A stretch of 64,000 nucleotides of DNA from NCBI GenBank assembly GCA_051362555.1, contig CM120642.1, forward strand, positions 13,516,001 through 13,580,000. The letters are read 5' to 3'. Below, piece after piece: positions 1 through 15,000 of this stretch. Below the pieces are notes generated by a model. It saw nothing but the letters and a program-made list of their open reading frames with translations, had not been told where the DNA came from and did not search any database. The DNA is from Lingula anatina (lineage: Eukaryota; Animalia; Brachiopoda). The stretch's first letter is position 1; the number at the start of each line of letters is the position of its first letter. A program made the translations under genes and the position numbers.

Positions 1-3000
1 CCCTGCAAAAAAAATAAAATTTACTAACCTTAGCTTGGATCCAAGAGTGAAGTCCATGTCGGGGTGGGGTCGCTCCTCATCTTCATTGTCCTGTAAAAAG
101 ATATGAAAAACAAGATTAGATTTTTCAATTGAACCATCCCACCACCCGAAAGAAATAAAATTTACTAACCTTAGCTTGGATCCAAGAGTGAAGTCCATGT
201 CTGGGTGGGGTCGCTCCTCATCTTCATTGTCCTGTAAAAAGAAATGAAAAACAAGATTAGATTTATTCAATTGAACCATCCCTCCCCCGCAAAAGAAATA
301 AAATTTACTAACCTTAGCTTGGATCCAAGAGTGAAGTCCATGTCCGGGTGGGGTCGCTCGTCATCTTCATTGTCCTGTAAAAAGAAATGAAAAGCAAGAT
401 TAGATTTATTCAAATGAACCATCCCTCCCCCGCAAAAAAAAATAAAATTCACTAACCTTAGCTTGGATCCAAGAGTGAAGTCCATGTCCGGGTGGGGTCG
501 CTCGTCATCTTCATTGTCCTGTAAAAAGAAATGAAAAACAAGATTAGATTTATTCAATTTACCTATCCCACCACCCCAAAAAAATAAAATTTACTAACCT
601 TAGCTTGGATCCAAGAGTGAAGTCCATGTCCGGGTGGGGTCGCTCGTCATCTTCATTGTCCTGTAAAAAGAAATGAAAAACAAGATTAGATTTATTCAAT
701 TGAACCATCCATCCCCCGCAAAAAAAATAAAATTCACTAACCTTAGCTTGGATCCAAGAGTGAAGTCCATGTCCGGGTGGGGTCGCTCGTCATCTTCATT
801 GTCCTGTAAAAAGAAATGAAAAACAAGATTAGATTTATTCAATTGACCCATCCCACCACCCCCAAAAAATCAAATTTACTAACCTTATTTTGGATCCAAG
901 AGTGAAGTCCATGTCCGGGTGGGGTTGCTCGTCATCTTCTTTGTCCTGTAAAAAGAAATGAAAAACAAGATTAGATTTATTCAATTGAACCATCCCTCCC
1001 CCGCAAAAAAAAAAAATTTAATAACCTTAGCTTGGATCCAAGAGTGAAGTCCATGTCGGGGTGAGGTCGCTCCTCATCTTCATTGTCCTGTAAAAAGAAA
1101 TGAAAAACAAGATTAGATTTATTCAATTGAACCATCCCACCACCCCAAAGAAATAAAATTTACTAACCTTAGCTTGGATCCAAGAATGAAGTCCATGTCC
1201 GTTTGGGGTCACTCGTCATCTTCATTGTCCTGTAAAAAGAAATGAAAAACAAGATTAGATTTATTCAATTTACCTATCCCACCACCCTAAAAAAATAAAA
1301 TTTACTAACCTTAGCTTGGATCCAAGAGTGAAGTCCATGTCCGGATGGGGTCGCTCGTCATCTTCATTGTCCTAAAAAAGAAATGAAAAACAAGATTAGA
1401 TTTATTCAATTTACCCATCCCACCACCCCCAAAAAAATCAAATTCACTAACCTTATTTTGGATCCAAGAGTGAAGTCCATGTCCGGGTGGGGTCGCTCGT
1501 CATCTTCATTGTCCTGTAAAAAGAAATGAAAAACAAGATTAGATTTATTCAATTGAACCATCCCTCCCCCGCAAAAAAATAAAATTTACTAACCTTATTT
1601 TAGATCCAAGAGTGAAGTCCATGTCCGGGTGGGGTCGCTCATCATCTTCATTGTCCTGTAAAAAAAAAATGAAAAGCTAGATTAGATTTATTCAAATGAA
1701 CCATCCCTCCCCCGCAAAAAAAAAATAAAATTCACTAACCTTAGCTTGGATCCAAGAGTGAAGTCCATGTCCGGGTGGGGTCGCTCGTCATCTTCATTGT
1801 CCTGTAAAAAGAAATAAAAAACAAGATTAGATTTATTCAATTTACCTATCCCACCACCCCCAAAAAATAAAATTTACTAACCTTAGCTTGGATCCAAAAG
1901 TGAAGTCCATGTCCGGGTGGGGTCGCTCGTCATCTTCATTGTCCTGTAAAAAGATATGAAAAACAAGATTAGATTTATTCAATTGAACCATCCCGCCACC
2001 CCAAAGAAATAAAATTTACTAACCTTAGCTTGGATCCAAGAGTGAAGTCCATGTCCGGGTGGGGTCGCTCGTCATCTTCATTGTCCTGTAAAAAGAAATG
2101 AAAAACAAGATTAGATTTATTCAATTGAACCATCCCTCCCCCGCAAAAAAATAAAATTTACTAACCTTAGCTTGGATCCAAGAGTGAAGTCCATGTCCAG
2201 GTTGGGTCTCTCGTCATCTTCATTGTCCTGTAAAAAGAAATGAAAAACAAGATTAGATTTATTCAATTAACCCATCCCACCACCCCAAAAAAATCAAATT
2301 TACTAACCTTATTTTGGATCCAAGAGTGAAGTCCATGTCCGGGTGGGGTCGCTCATCATCTTCATTGTCCTGTAAAAAGAAATGAAAAGCTAGATTAGAT
2401 TTATTCAAATGAACCATCCCTCCCCCGCAAAAAAAAATAAAATTCACTAACTTTAGCTTGGATCCAAGAGTGAAGTCCATGTCCAGGTTGGGTCTCTCGT
2501 CATCTTCATTGTCCTGTAAAAAGAAATGAAAAACAAGATTAGATTTATTCAATTAACCCATCCCACCACCCCAAAAAAATCAAATTTACTAACCTTATTT
2601 TGGATCCAAGAGTGAAGTCCATGTCCGGGTGGGGTCGCTCGTCATCTTCATTGTCCTGTAAAAAGAAATGAAAAACAAGATTAGATTTATTCAATTGAAC
2701 CATCCCACCACCCCAAAGAAATAAAATTTACTAACCTTAGCTTGGATCCAAGAGTGAAGTCCATGTCCGGGTGGGGTCGCACGTCATCTTCTTTGTCCTG
2801 TAAAAAGAAATGAAAAACAAGATTAGATTTATTCAATTTACCCATCCCTCCCCTGCAAAAAAAAATAAAATTTACTAACCTTAGCTTGGATCCAAGAGTG
2901 AAGTCCATGTCCGGGTGGGGTCGCTCGTCATCTTCATTGTCCTGTAAAAAGAAATGAAAAACAAGATTAGATTTATTCAATTTACCTATCCCACCACCCA

Positions 3001-6000
3001 AAAAAAATAAAATTTACTAACCTTAGCTTGGATCCAAGAGTGAAGTCCATGTCCGGGTGGGGTCGCTCGTCATCTTCATTGTCCTGTAAAAAGAAATGAA
3101 AAACAAGATTAGATTTATTCAATTTACCTATCCCACCACCCTAAAAAATTAAAATTTACTAACCTTAGCTTGGATCCAAGAGTGAAGTCCATGTCCGGAT
3201 GGGGTCGCTCGTCATCTTCATTGTCCTTAAAAAGAAATGAAAAACAAGATTAGATTTATTCAATTTACCCATCCCACCACCCCCCAAAAAATCAAATTCA
3301 CTAACCTTATTTTGGATCCAAGAGTGAAGTCCATGTCCGGGTGGGGTCGCTCGTCATCTTCATTGTCCTGTAAAAAGAAATGAAAAACAAGATTAGATTT
3401 TTTTAATTGAACCATCCCTCCCCCGCAAAAAAATAAAATTTACTAACCTTAGCTTGGATCCAAGAGTGAAGTCCATGTCCAGGTTGGGTCTCACGTCATC
3501 TTCATTGTCCTGTAAAAAGAAATGAAAAACAAGATTAGATTTATTCAATGAACCCATCCCACCACCCCAAAAAAATCAAATTTACTAACCTTATTTTGGA
3601 TCCAAGAGTGAAGTCCATGTCCGGGTGGGGTCACTCATCATCTTCATTGTCCTGTAAAAAAAAATGAAAAGCTAGATTAGATTTATTCAAATGAACCATC
3701 CCTCCCCCGCAAAAAAAAATAAAATTCACTAACCTTAGCTTGGATCCAAGAGTGAAGTCCATGTCCGGGTGGGGTTGCTCGTCATCTTCATTGTCCTGTA
3801 AAAAGAAATAAAAAACAAGATTAGATTTATTCAATTTACCTATCCCACCACCCCCAAAAAATAAAATTTACTAACCTTAGCTTGGATCCAAGAGTGAAGT
3901 CCATGTCCGGGTGGGGTCGCTCGTCATCTTCATTGTCCTGTAAAAAGATATGAAAAACAAGATTAGATTTATTCAATTGAACCATCCCACCACCCCAAAG
4001 AAATAAAATTTACTAACCTTAGCTTGGATCCAAGAGTGAAGTCCATGTCCGGGTGGGGTCGCTCGTCATCTTCATTGTCCTGTAAAAAGAAATGAAAAAC
4101 AAGATTAGATTTATTCAATTGAACCATCCCTCCCCCGCAAAAAAATAAAATTTACTAACCTTAGCTTGGATCCAAGAGTGAAGTCCATGTCCAGGTTGGG
4201 TCTCTTGTCATCTTCATTGTCCTGTAAAAAGAAATGAAAAACAAGATTATATTTATTCAATTAACCCATCCCACCACCCCAAAAAAATCAAATTTACTAA
4301 CCTTATTTTGGATCCAAGAGTGAAGTCCATGTCCGGGTGGGGTCGCTCATCATCTTCATTGTCCTGTAAAAAAAAATGAAAAGCTAGATTAGATTTATTC
4401 AAATGAACCATCCCTCCCCCGCAAAAAAAAATAAAATTCACTAACCTTAGCTTGGATACAAGAGTGAAGTCCATGTCCGGGTGGGGTCGCTCGTCATCTT
4501 CATTGTCCTGTAAAAAGAAGTAAAAAACAAGATTAGATTTATTCAATTTACCTATCCCACCACCCCCAAAAAATAAAATTTACTAACCTTAGCTTGGATC
4601 CAAGAGTGAAGTCCATGTCCGGGTGGGGTCACTCGTCATCTTCATTGTCCTGTAAAAAGATATGAAAAACAAGATAAGATTTATTCAATTGAACCATCCC
4701 ACCACCCCAAAGAAATAAAATTTACTAACCTTAGCTTGGATCCAAGAGTGAAGTCCATGTCCGGGTGGGGTCGCTCGTCATCTTCATTGTCCTGTAAAAA
4801 GAAATGAAAAACAAGATTAGATTTATTCAATTGAACAATCCCACCACCCCAAAGAAATAAAATTTACTAACCTTAGCTTTGATCCAAGAATGAAGTCCAT
4901 GTCCGTTTGGGGTCACTCGTCATCTTCATTGTCCGGTAAAAAGAAATGAAAAACCAGATTAAATTTATTCAATTTACCTGTCCCACCACCCTAAAAAAAT
5001 AAAATTTACTAACCTTAGCTTGGATCCAAGAGTGAAGTCCATGTCCGGGTGGGGTCGCTCGTCATCTTCATTGTCCTTTTAAAAGAAATAAAAAACAAGA
5101 TTAGATTTATTCAATTGAACCATCCCACCACCCCAAAGAAATAAAATTTACTAACCTTAGCTTGGATCCAAGAGTGAAGTCCATGTCCGGGTGGGGTCGC
5201 ACGTCATCTTCTTTGTCCTGTAGAAAGAAATGAAAAACAAGATTACATTTATTCAATTGAACCATCCCTCCCCTGCAAAAAAAATAAAATTTACTAACCT
5301 TAGCTTGGATCCAAGAGTGAAGTCCATGTCGGGGTGGGGTCGCTCCTCATCTTCATTGTCCTGTAAAAAGATATGAAAAACAAGATTAGATTTTTCAATT
5401 GAACCATCCCACCACCCGAAAGAAATAAAATTTACTAACCTTAGCTTGAATCCAAGAGTGAAGTCCATGTCTGGGTGGGGTCGCTCCTCATCTTCATTGT
5501 CCTGTAAAAAGATATGAAAAACAAGATTAGATTTTTCAATTGAACCATCCCACCACCCGAAAGAAATAAAATTTACTAACCTTAGCTTGAATCCAAGAGT
5601 GAAGTCCATGTCTGGGTGGGGTCGCTCCTCATCTTCATTGTCCTGTAAAAAGAAATGAAAAACAAGATTAGATTTATTCAATTGAACCATCCCTCCCCCG
5701 CAAAAGAAATAAAATTTACTAACCTTAGCTTGGATCCAAGAGTGAAGTCCATGTCCGGGTGGGGTCGCTCGTCATCTTCATTGTCCTGTAAAAAGAAATG
5801 AAAAACAAGATTAGATTTATTCAATTTACCTATCCCACCACCCAAAAAAAATAAAATTTACTAACCTTAGCTTGGATCCAAGAGTGAAGCCCATGTCCGG
5901 GTGGGGTCGCTCGTCATCTTCATTGTCCTGTAAAAAGAAATGAAAAACAAGATTAGATTTATTCAATTGAACCGTCCCTCCCCCGCAAAAAAAATAAAAT

Positions 6001-9000
6001 TCACTAACCTTAGCTTGGATCCAAGAGTGAAGTCCATGTCCGGGTGGGGTCGCTCGTCATCTTCATTGTCCTGTAAAAAGAAATGAAAAACAAGATTAGA
6101 TTTATTCAATTCACCTATCCCACCACCCCCAAAAAATAAAATTTACTAACCTTAGCTTGGATCCAAGAGTGAAGTCCATGCCCGGGTGGGGTCACTCGTC
6201 ATCTTCATTGTCCTGTAAAAAGAAATGAAAAACAAGATTAGATTTATTCAATTGACCCATCCCACCACCCCCAAAAAATCAAATTTACTAACCTTATTTT
6301 GGATCCAAGAGTGAAGTCCATGTCCGGGTGGGGTCGCTCGTCATCTTCTTTGTCCTGTAAAAAGAAATGAAAAACAAGATTAGATTTATTCAATTGAACC
6401 ATCCCTCCCCCGCAAAAAAAAAAAATTTAATAACCTTAGCTTGGATCCAAGAGTGAAGTCCATGTCGGGGTGGGGTCGCTCCTCATCTTCATTGTCCTTT
6501 AAAAAGAAATGAAAAACAAGATTAGATTTATTCAATTGAACCATCCCACCACCCCGAAGAAATAAAATTTACTAACCTTAGCTTGGATCCAAGAATGAAG
6601 TCCATGTCCGTTTGGGGTCACTCGTCATCTTCATTGTCCTGTAAAAAGAAAAGAAAAACAAGATTAGATTTATTCAATTTACCTATCCCACCACCCTAAA
6701 AAAATAAAATTTACTAACCTTAGCTTGGATCCAAGAGTGAAGTCCATGTCCGGATGGGGTCGCTCGTCATCTTCATTGTCCTAAAAAAGAAATGAAAAAC
6801 AAGATTAGATTTATTCAATTTACCCATCCCACCACCCCCAAAAAAATCAAATTCACTAACCTTAGCTTGGATCCAAGAGTGAAGTCCATGTCGGGGTGGG
6901 GTCGCTCGTCATCTTCATTGTCCTGTAAAAAGAAATGAAAAACAAGATTAGATTTATTCAATTTACCTATCCCACCACCCCAAAAAAATAAAATTTACTA
7001 ACCTAAGCTTGGATCCAAGAGTGAAGTCCATGTCCGGGTGGGGTCGCTCGTCATCTTCATTGTCCTGTAAAAAGAAATGAAAAACAAGATTAGATTTATT
7101 CAATTTACCTATCCCACCACCCTAAAAAAATAAAATTTACTAACCTTAGCTTGGATCCAAGAGTGAAGTCCATGTCCGGATGGGGTCGCTCGTCATCTTC
7201 ATTGTCCTTAAAAAGAAATGAAAAACAAGATTAGATTTATTCAATTTACCCATCCCACCACCCCCAAAAAAATCAAATTCACTAACCTTATTTTGGATCC
7301 AAGAGTGAAGTCCATGTCCGGGTGGGGTCGCTCGTCATCTTCATTGTCCTGTAGAAAGAAATAAAAAACAAGATTAGATTTATTCAATTTACCTATCCCA
7401 CCACCCCCAAAAAATAAAATTTACTAACCTTAGCTTGGATCCAAGAGTGAAGTCCATGTCCGGGTGGGGTCGCTCGTCATCTTCATTGTCCTGTAAAAAG
7501 ATATGAAAAACAAGATTAGATTTATTCAATTGAACCATCCCACCACCCCAAAGAAATAAAATTTACTAACCTTAGCTTGGATCCAAGAGTGAAGTCCATG
7601 TCCGGGTGGGGTCGCTCGTCATCTTCATTGTCCTGTAAAAAGAAATGAAAAACAAGATTAGATTTATTCAATTGAACCATCCCTCCCCCGCAAAAAAATA
7701 AAATTTACTAACCTTAGCTTGGATCCAAGAGTGAAGTCCATGTCCAGGTTGGGTCTCTCGTCATCTTTATTGTCCTGTAAAAAGAAATGAAAAACAAGAT
7801 TAGATTTATTCAATTAACCCATCCCACCACCCCAAAAAAATCAAATTTACTAACCTTATTTTGGATCCAAGAGTGAAGTCCATGTCCGGGTGGGGTCGCT
7901 CATCATCTTCATTGTCCTGTAAAAAAAAAATGAAAAGCTAGATTAGATTTATTCAAATGAACCATCCCTCCCCCGCAAAAAAAAATAAAATTCACTAACC
8001 TTAGCTTGGATCCAAGAGTGAAGTCCATGTCCGGGTGGGGTCGCTCATCATCTTCATTGTCCTGTAAAAAGAAATAAAAAACAAGATTAGATTTATTCAA
8101 TTTACCTATCCCACCACCCCCAAAAAATAAAATTTACTAACCTTAGCTTGGATCCAAGAGTGAAGTCCATGTCCGGGTGGGGTCGCTCGTCATCTTCATT
8201 GTCCTGTAAAAAGATATGAAAAACAAGATTAGATTTATTCAATTGAACCATCCCACCACCCCAAAGAAATAAAATTTACTAACCTTAGCTTGGATCCAAG
8301 AGTGAAGTCCATGTCCGGGTGGGGTCGCTCGTCATCTTCATTGTCCTGTAAAAAGAAATGAAAAACAAGATTAGATTTATTCAATTGAACCATCCCTCCC
8401 CCGCAAAAAAATAAAATTTACTAACCTTAGCTTGGATCCAAGAGTGAAGTCCATGTCCAGGTTGGGTCTCTCGTCATCTTCATTGTCCTGTAAAAAGAAA
8501 TGAAAAACAAGATTAGATTTATTCAATTAACCCATCCCACCACCCCAAAAAAATCAAATTTACTAACCTTATTTTGGATCCAAGAGTGAAGTCCATGTCC
8601 GGGTGGGGTCGCTCATCATCTTCATTGTCCTGTAAAAAAAAAATGAAAAGCTAGATTAGATTTATTCAAATGAACCATCCCTCCCCCGCAAAAAAAAATA
8701 AAATTCACTAACCTTAGCTTGGATCCAAGAGTGAAGTCCATGTCCGGGTGGGGTCGCTCGTCATCTTCATTGTCCTGTAAAAAGAAATAAAAAACAAGAT
8801 AAGATTTATTCAATTTACCTATCCCACCACCCCCAAAAAATAAAATTTACTAACCTTAGCTTGGATCCAAGAGTGAAGTCCATGTCCGGGTGGGGTCACT
8901 CGTCATCTTCATTGTCCTGTAAAAAGATATGAAAAACAAGATTAGATTTATTCAATTGAACCATCCCACCACCCCAAAGAAATAAAATTTACTAACCTTA

Positions 9001-12000
9001 GCTTGGATCCAAGAGTGAAGTCCATGTCCGGGTGGGGTCGCTCGTCATCTTCATTGTCCAGTAAAAAGAAATGAAAAACAAGATTAGATTTATTCAATTG
9101 AACCATCCCACCACCCCAAAGAAATAAAATTTACTAACCTTAGCTTGGATCCAAGAATGAAGTCCATGTCCGTTTGGGGTCACTCGTCATCTTCATTGTC
9201 CGGTAAAAAGAAATGAAAAACAAGATTAGATTTATTCAATTTACCTATCCCACCACCCTAAAAAAATAAAATTTACTAACCTTAGCTTGGATCCAAGAGT
9301 GAAGTCCATGTCCGGATGGGGTCGCTCGTCATCTTCATTGTCCTAAAAAAGAAATGAAAAACAAGATTAGATTTATTCAATTAACCCATCCCACCACCCC
9401 AAAAAAATCAAATTTACTAACCTTATTTTGGATCCAAGAGTGAAGTCCATGTCCGGGTGGGGTCGCACATCATCTTCATTGTCCTGTAAAAAAAAATGAA
9501 AAGCTAGATTAGATTTATTCAAATGAACCATCACTCCCCCGCAAAAAAAAATAAAATTCACTAACCTTAGCTTGGATCCAAGAGTGAAGTCCATGTCCGG
9601 GTGGGGTCGCTCGTCATCTTCATTGTCCTGTAAAAAGAAATAAAAAACAAGATTAGATTTATTCAATTTACCTATCCCACCACCCCCAAAAAATAAAATT
9701 TACTAACCTTAGCTTGGATCCAAGAGTGAAGTCCATGTCCGGGTGGGGTCGCTCGTCATCTTCATTGTCCTGTAAAAAGATATGAAAAACAAGATTAGAT
9801 TTATTCAATTGAACCATCCCACCACCCCAAAGAAATAAAATTTACTAACCTTAGCTTGGATCCAAGAGTGAAGTCCATGTCCGGGTGGGGTCGCTCGTCA
9901 TCTTCATTGTCCTGTAAAAAGAAATGAAAAGCTAGATTAGATTTATTCAAATGAACCATCCCTCCCCCGCAAAAAAAAGTAAAATTCACTAACCTTAGCT
10001 TGGATCCAAGAGTGAAGTCCATGTCCGGGTGGGGTCGCTCGTCATCTTCATTGTCCTGTAAAAAGAAATGAAAAACAAGATTAGATTTATTCAATTGAAC
10101 CATCCCACCACCCCAAAGAAATAAAATTTACTAACCTTAGCTTGGATCCAAGAGTGAAGTCCATGTCCGGGTGGGGTCGCACGTCATCTTCTTTGTTCTG
10201 TAAAAAGAAATGAAAAACAAGATTAGATTTATTCAATTGAACCATCCCTCCCCAGCAAAAAAAATAAAATTTACTAACCTTAGCTTGGATCCAAGAGTGA
10301 AGTCCATGTCGGGGTGGGGTCGCTCGTCATCTTCATTGTCCTGTAAAAAGAAATGAAAAACAAGATTAGATTTATTCAATTTACCTATCCCACCACCCCA
10401 AAAAAATAAAATTTACCAACCTTAGCTTGGATCCAGGAGTGAAGTCCATGTCCGGGTGGGGTCGCTCGTCATCTTCATTGTCCTGTAAAAAGAAATGAAA
10501 AATAAGATTAGATTTATTCAATTTACCCATCCCACCACCCTAAAAAAATAAAATTTACTAACCTTAGCTTGGATCCAAGAGTGAAGTCCATGTCCGGATG
10601 GGGTCGCTCGTCATCTTCATTGTCCTTAAAAAGAAATGAAAAACAAGATTAGATTTATTCAATTTACCCATCCCACCACCCCCAAAAAAATCAAATTCAC
10701 TAACCTTATTTTGGATCCAAGAGTGAAGTCCATGTCCGGGTGGGGTCGCTCATCATCTTCATTGTCCTGTAAAAAAAATGAAAAGCTAGATTAGATTTAT
10801 TCAAATGAACCATCCCTCCCCCGCAAAAAAAAATAAAATTCACTAACCTTAGCTTGGATCCAAGAGTGAAGTCCATGTCCGGGTGGGGTCGCTCGTCATC
10901 TTCATTGTCCTGTAAAAAGATATGAAAAACAAGATTAGATTTATTCAATTGAACCATCCCACCACCCCAAAGAAATAAAATTTACTAACCTTAGCTTGGA
11001 TCCAAGAGTGAAGTCCATGTCGGGGTGGGGTCGCTCGTCATCTTCATTGTCCTGTAAAAAGAAATGAAAAACAAGATTAGATTTATTCAATTTACCTATC
11101 CCACCACCCCAAAGAAATAAAATTTACTAACCTTAGCTTGGATCCAAGAGTGAAGTCCATGTCCGGGTGGGGTCGCTCGTCATCTTCATTGTCCTGTAAA
11201 AAGAAATGAAAAACAAGATTAGATTTATTCAATTGAACCATCCCTCCCCCGCAAAAAAATAAAATTTACTAACCTTAGCTTGGATCCAAGAGTGAAGTCC
11301 ATGTCCGGGTGGGGTCGCACGTCATCTTCTTTGTCCTGTAAAAAGAAATGAAAAACAAGATTAGATTTTTTCAATTGAACCATCCCTCCCCTGCAAAAAA
11401 AATAAAATTTACTAACCTTAGCTTGGATCCAAGAGTGAAGTCCATGTCGGGGTGGGGTCGCTCGTCATCTTCATTGTCCTGTAAAAAGAAATGAAAAACA
11501 AGATTAGATTTATTCAATTTACCTATCCCACCACCCCAAAAAAATAAAATTTACTAACCTTAGCTTGGATCCAAGAGTGAAGTCCATGTCCGGGTGGGGT
11601 CGCTCGTCATCTTCATTGTCCTGTAAAAAGAAATGAAAAACAAGATTAGATTTATTCAATTGAACCATCCCTCCCCCGCAAAAAAAATAAAATTCACTAA
11701 CCTTAGCTTGGATCCAAGAGTGAAGTCCATGTCCGGGTGGGGTCGCTCGTCATCTTCATTGTCCTGTAAAAAGAAATGAAAAACAAGATTAGATATATTC
11801 AACTGAACCATCCCACCACCCCAAAGAAATAAAATTTACTAACCTTAGCTTGGATCCAAGAGTGAAGTCCATGTCCGGGTGGGGTCGCTCGTCATCTTCA
11901 TTGTCCTGTAAAAACAAATAAAAAACAAGATTAGATTTATTCAATTCACCTATCCCACCACCCCCAAAAAATAAAATTTACTAACCTTAGCTTGGATCCA

Positions 12001-15000
12001 AGAGTGAAGTCCATGTCCGGGTGGGGTCACTCGTCATCTTCATTGTCCTGTAAAAAGAAATGAAAAACAAGATTAGATTTATTCAATTGACCCATCCCAC
12101 CACCCCCAAAAAATCAAATTTACTAACCTTATTTTGGATCCAAGAGTGAAGTCCATGTCCGGGTGGGGTCGCTCGTCATTTTCTTTGTCCTGTAAAAAGA
12201 AATGAAAAACAAGATTAGATTTATTCAATTGAACCATCCCTCCCCCGCAAAAAAAAAAAAAAAAATTTAATAACCTTAGCTTGGATCCAAGAGTGAAGTC
12301 CATGTCGGGGTGGGGTCGCTCCTCATCTTCATTGTCCTGTAAAAAGAAATGAAAATAAGATTAGATTTATTCAATTGAACCATCCCACCACCCCAAAGAA
12401 ATAAAATTTACTAACCTTAGCTTGGATCCAAGAATGAAGTCCATGTCCGTTTGGGGTCACTCGTCATCTTCATTGTCCTGTAAAAAGAAATGAAAAACAA
12501 GATTAGATTTATTCAATTTACCTATCCCACCACCCTAAAAAAATAAAATTTACTAACCTTAGCTTGGATCCAAGAGTGAAGTCCATGTCCGGATGGGGTC
12601 GCTCGTCATCTTCATTGTCCTAAAAAAGAAATGAAAAACAAGATTAGATTTATTCAATTTACCCATCCCACCACCCCCCAAAAAATCAAATTCACTAACC
12701 TTATTTTGGATCCAAGAGTGAAGTCCATGTCCGGGTGGGGTCGCTCGTCATCTTCATTGTCCTGTAAAAAGAAATGAAAAACAAGATTAGATTTATTCAA
12801 TTGAACCATCCCTCCCCCGCAAAAAAATAAAATTTACTAACCTTAACTTGGATCCAAGAGTGAAGTCCATGTCCAGGTTGGGTCTCTCGTCATCTTCATT
12901 GTCCTGTAAAAAGAAATGAAAAACAAGATTAGATTTATTCAATTAACCCATCCCACCACCCCAAAAAAATCAAATTTACTAACCTTATTTTGGATCCAAG
13001 AGTGAAGTCCATGTCCGGGTGGGGTCGCTCATCATCTTCATTGTCCTGTAAAAAGAAATGAAAAGCTAGATTAGATTTATTCAAATGAACCATCCCTCCC
13101 CCGCAAAAAAAAATAAAATTCACTAACCTTAGCTTGGATCCAAGAGTGAAGTCCATGTCCGGGTGGGGTCGTTCGTCATCTTCATTGTCCTGTAAAAAGA
13201 AAAAAAAACAAGATTAGATTTATTCAATTTACCTATCCCACAACCCCCAAAAAATAAAATTTACTAACCTTAGCTTGGATCCAAGAGTGAAGTCCATGTC
13301 CGGGTGGGGTCGCTCGTCATCTTCTTTGTCCTGTAAAAAGAAATGAAAAACAAGATTAGATTTATTCAATTGAACCATCCCTCCCCCGCAAAAAAAATAA
13401 AATTTACTAACCTTAGCTTGGATCAAAGAGTGAAGTCCATGTCGGGGTGGGGTCGCTCCTCATCTTCATTGTCCCGTAAAAAGATATGAAAAACAAGATT
13501 AGATTTTTCAATTGAACCATCCCACCACCCCAAAGAAATAAAATTTACTAACCTTAGATTGGATCCAAGAGTGAAGTCCATGTCCGGGTGGGGTCGCTCG
13601 TCATCTTCATTGTCCTGTAAAAAGAAATGAAAAGCAAGATTATATTGATTCAAATGAACCATCCCTCCCCCGCAAAAAAAAAAAAAAATTTACTAACCTT
13701 AGCTTGGATCCAAGAGTGAAGTCCATGTCCGGGTGGGGTCGCTCGTCATCTTCATTGTCCGGTAAAAAGAAATGAAAAACAAGATTAGATTTATTCAATT
13801 TACCTATCCCACCACCCCAAAAAAATAAAATTTACTAACCTTAGCTTGGATCCAAGAGTGAAGTCCATGTCCGGGTGGGGTCGCTCGTCATCTTCATTGT
13901 CCTGTAAAAAGAAATGAAAAAGAAGATTAGATTTATTCAATTGAACCATCCCTCCCCCGCAAAAAAAAAAAAATTCACTAACCTTAGCTTGGATCCAAGA
14001 GTGAAGTCCATGTCCGGGTGGGGTCGCACGTCATCTTCATTGTCCTGTAAAAAGAAATGAAAAACAAGATTAGATTTATTCAATTAACCCATCCCACCAC
14101 CCCAAAAAAATCAAATTTACTAACCTTATTTTGGATCCAAGAGTGAAGTCCATGTCCGGGTGGGGTCGCTCATCATCTTCATTGTCCTGTAAAAAGAAAT
14201 GAAAAGCTAGATTAGATTTATTCAAATGAACCATCCCTCCCCCGCAAAAAAAAATAAAATTCACTAACCTTAGCTTGGATCCAAGAGTGAAGTCCATGTC
14301 CGGGTGGGGTCGCTCGTCATCTTCATTGTCCTGTAAAAAGAAAAAAAAACAAGATTAGATTTATTCAATTTACCTATCCCACAACCCCCAAAAAATAAAA
14401 TTTACTAACCTTAGCTTGGATCCAAGAGTGAAGTCCATGTCCGGGTGGGGTCGCTCGTCATCTTCTTTGTCCTGTAAAAAGAAATGAAAAACAAGATTAG
14501 ATTTATTCAATTGAACCATCCCTCCCCCGCAAAAAAAATAAAATTTACTAACCTTAGCTTGGATCAAAGAGTGAAGTCCATGTCGGGGTGGGGTCGCTCC
14601 TCATCTTCATTGTCCCGTAAAAAGATATGAAAAACAAGATTAGATTTTTCAATTGAACCATCCCACCACCCCAAAGAAATAAAATTTACTAACCTTAGAT
14701 TGGATCCAAGAGTGAAGTCCATGTCCGGGTGGGGTCGCTCGTCATCTTCATTGTCCTGTAAAAAGAAATGAAAAGCAAGATTATATTGATTCAAATGAAC
14801 CATCCCTCCCCCGCAAAAAAAAAATAAAATTTACTAACCTTAGCTTGGATCCAAGAGTGAAGTCCATGTCCGGGTGGGGTCGCTCGTCATCTTCATTGTC
14901 CTGTAAAAAGAAATGAAAAACAAGATTAGATTTATTCAATTTACCTATCCCACCACCCCAAAAAAATAAAATTTACTAACCTTAGCTTGGATCCAAGAGT

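Noticed and set aside
29-90. Neuropeptide precursor repeat
   Set aside because: There is no Gly-Lys-Arg or dibasic cleavage site (GSKLR), no signal-peptide exon was seen, and the strong donor gives a frameshifting 62-nt exon.
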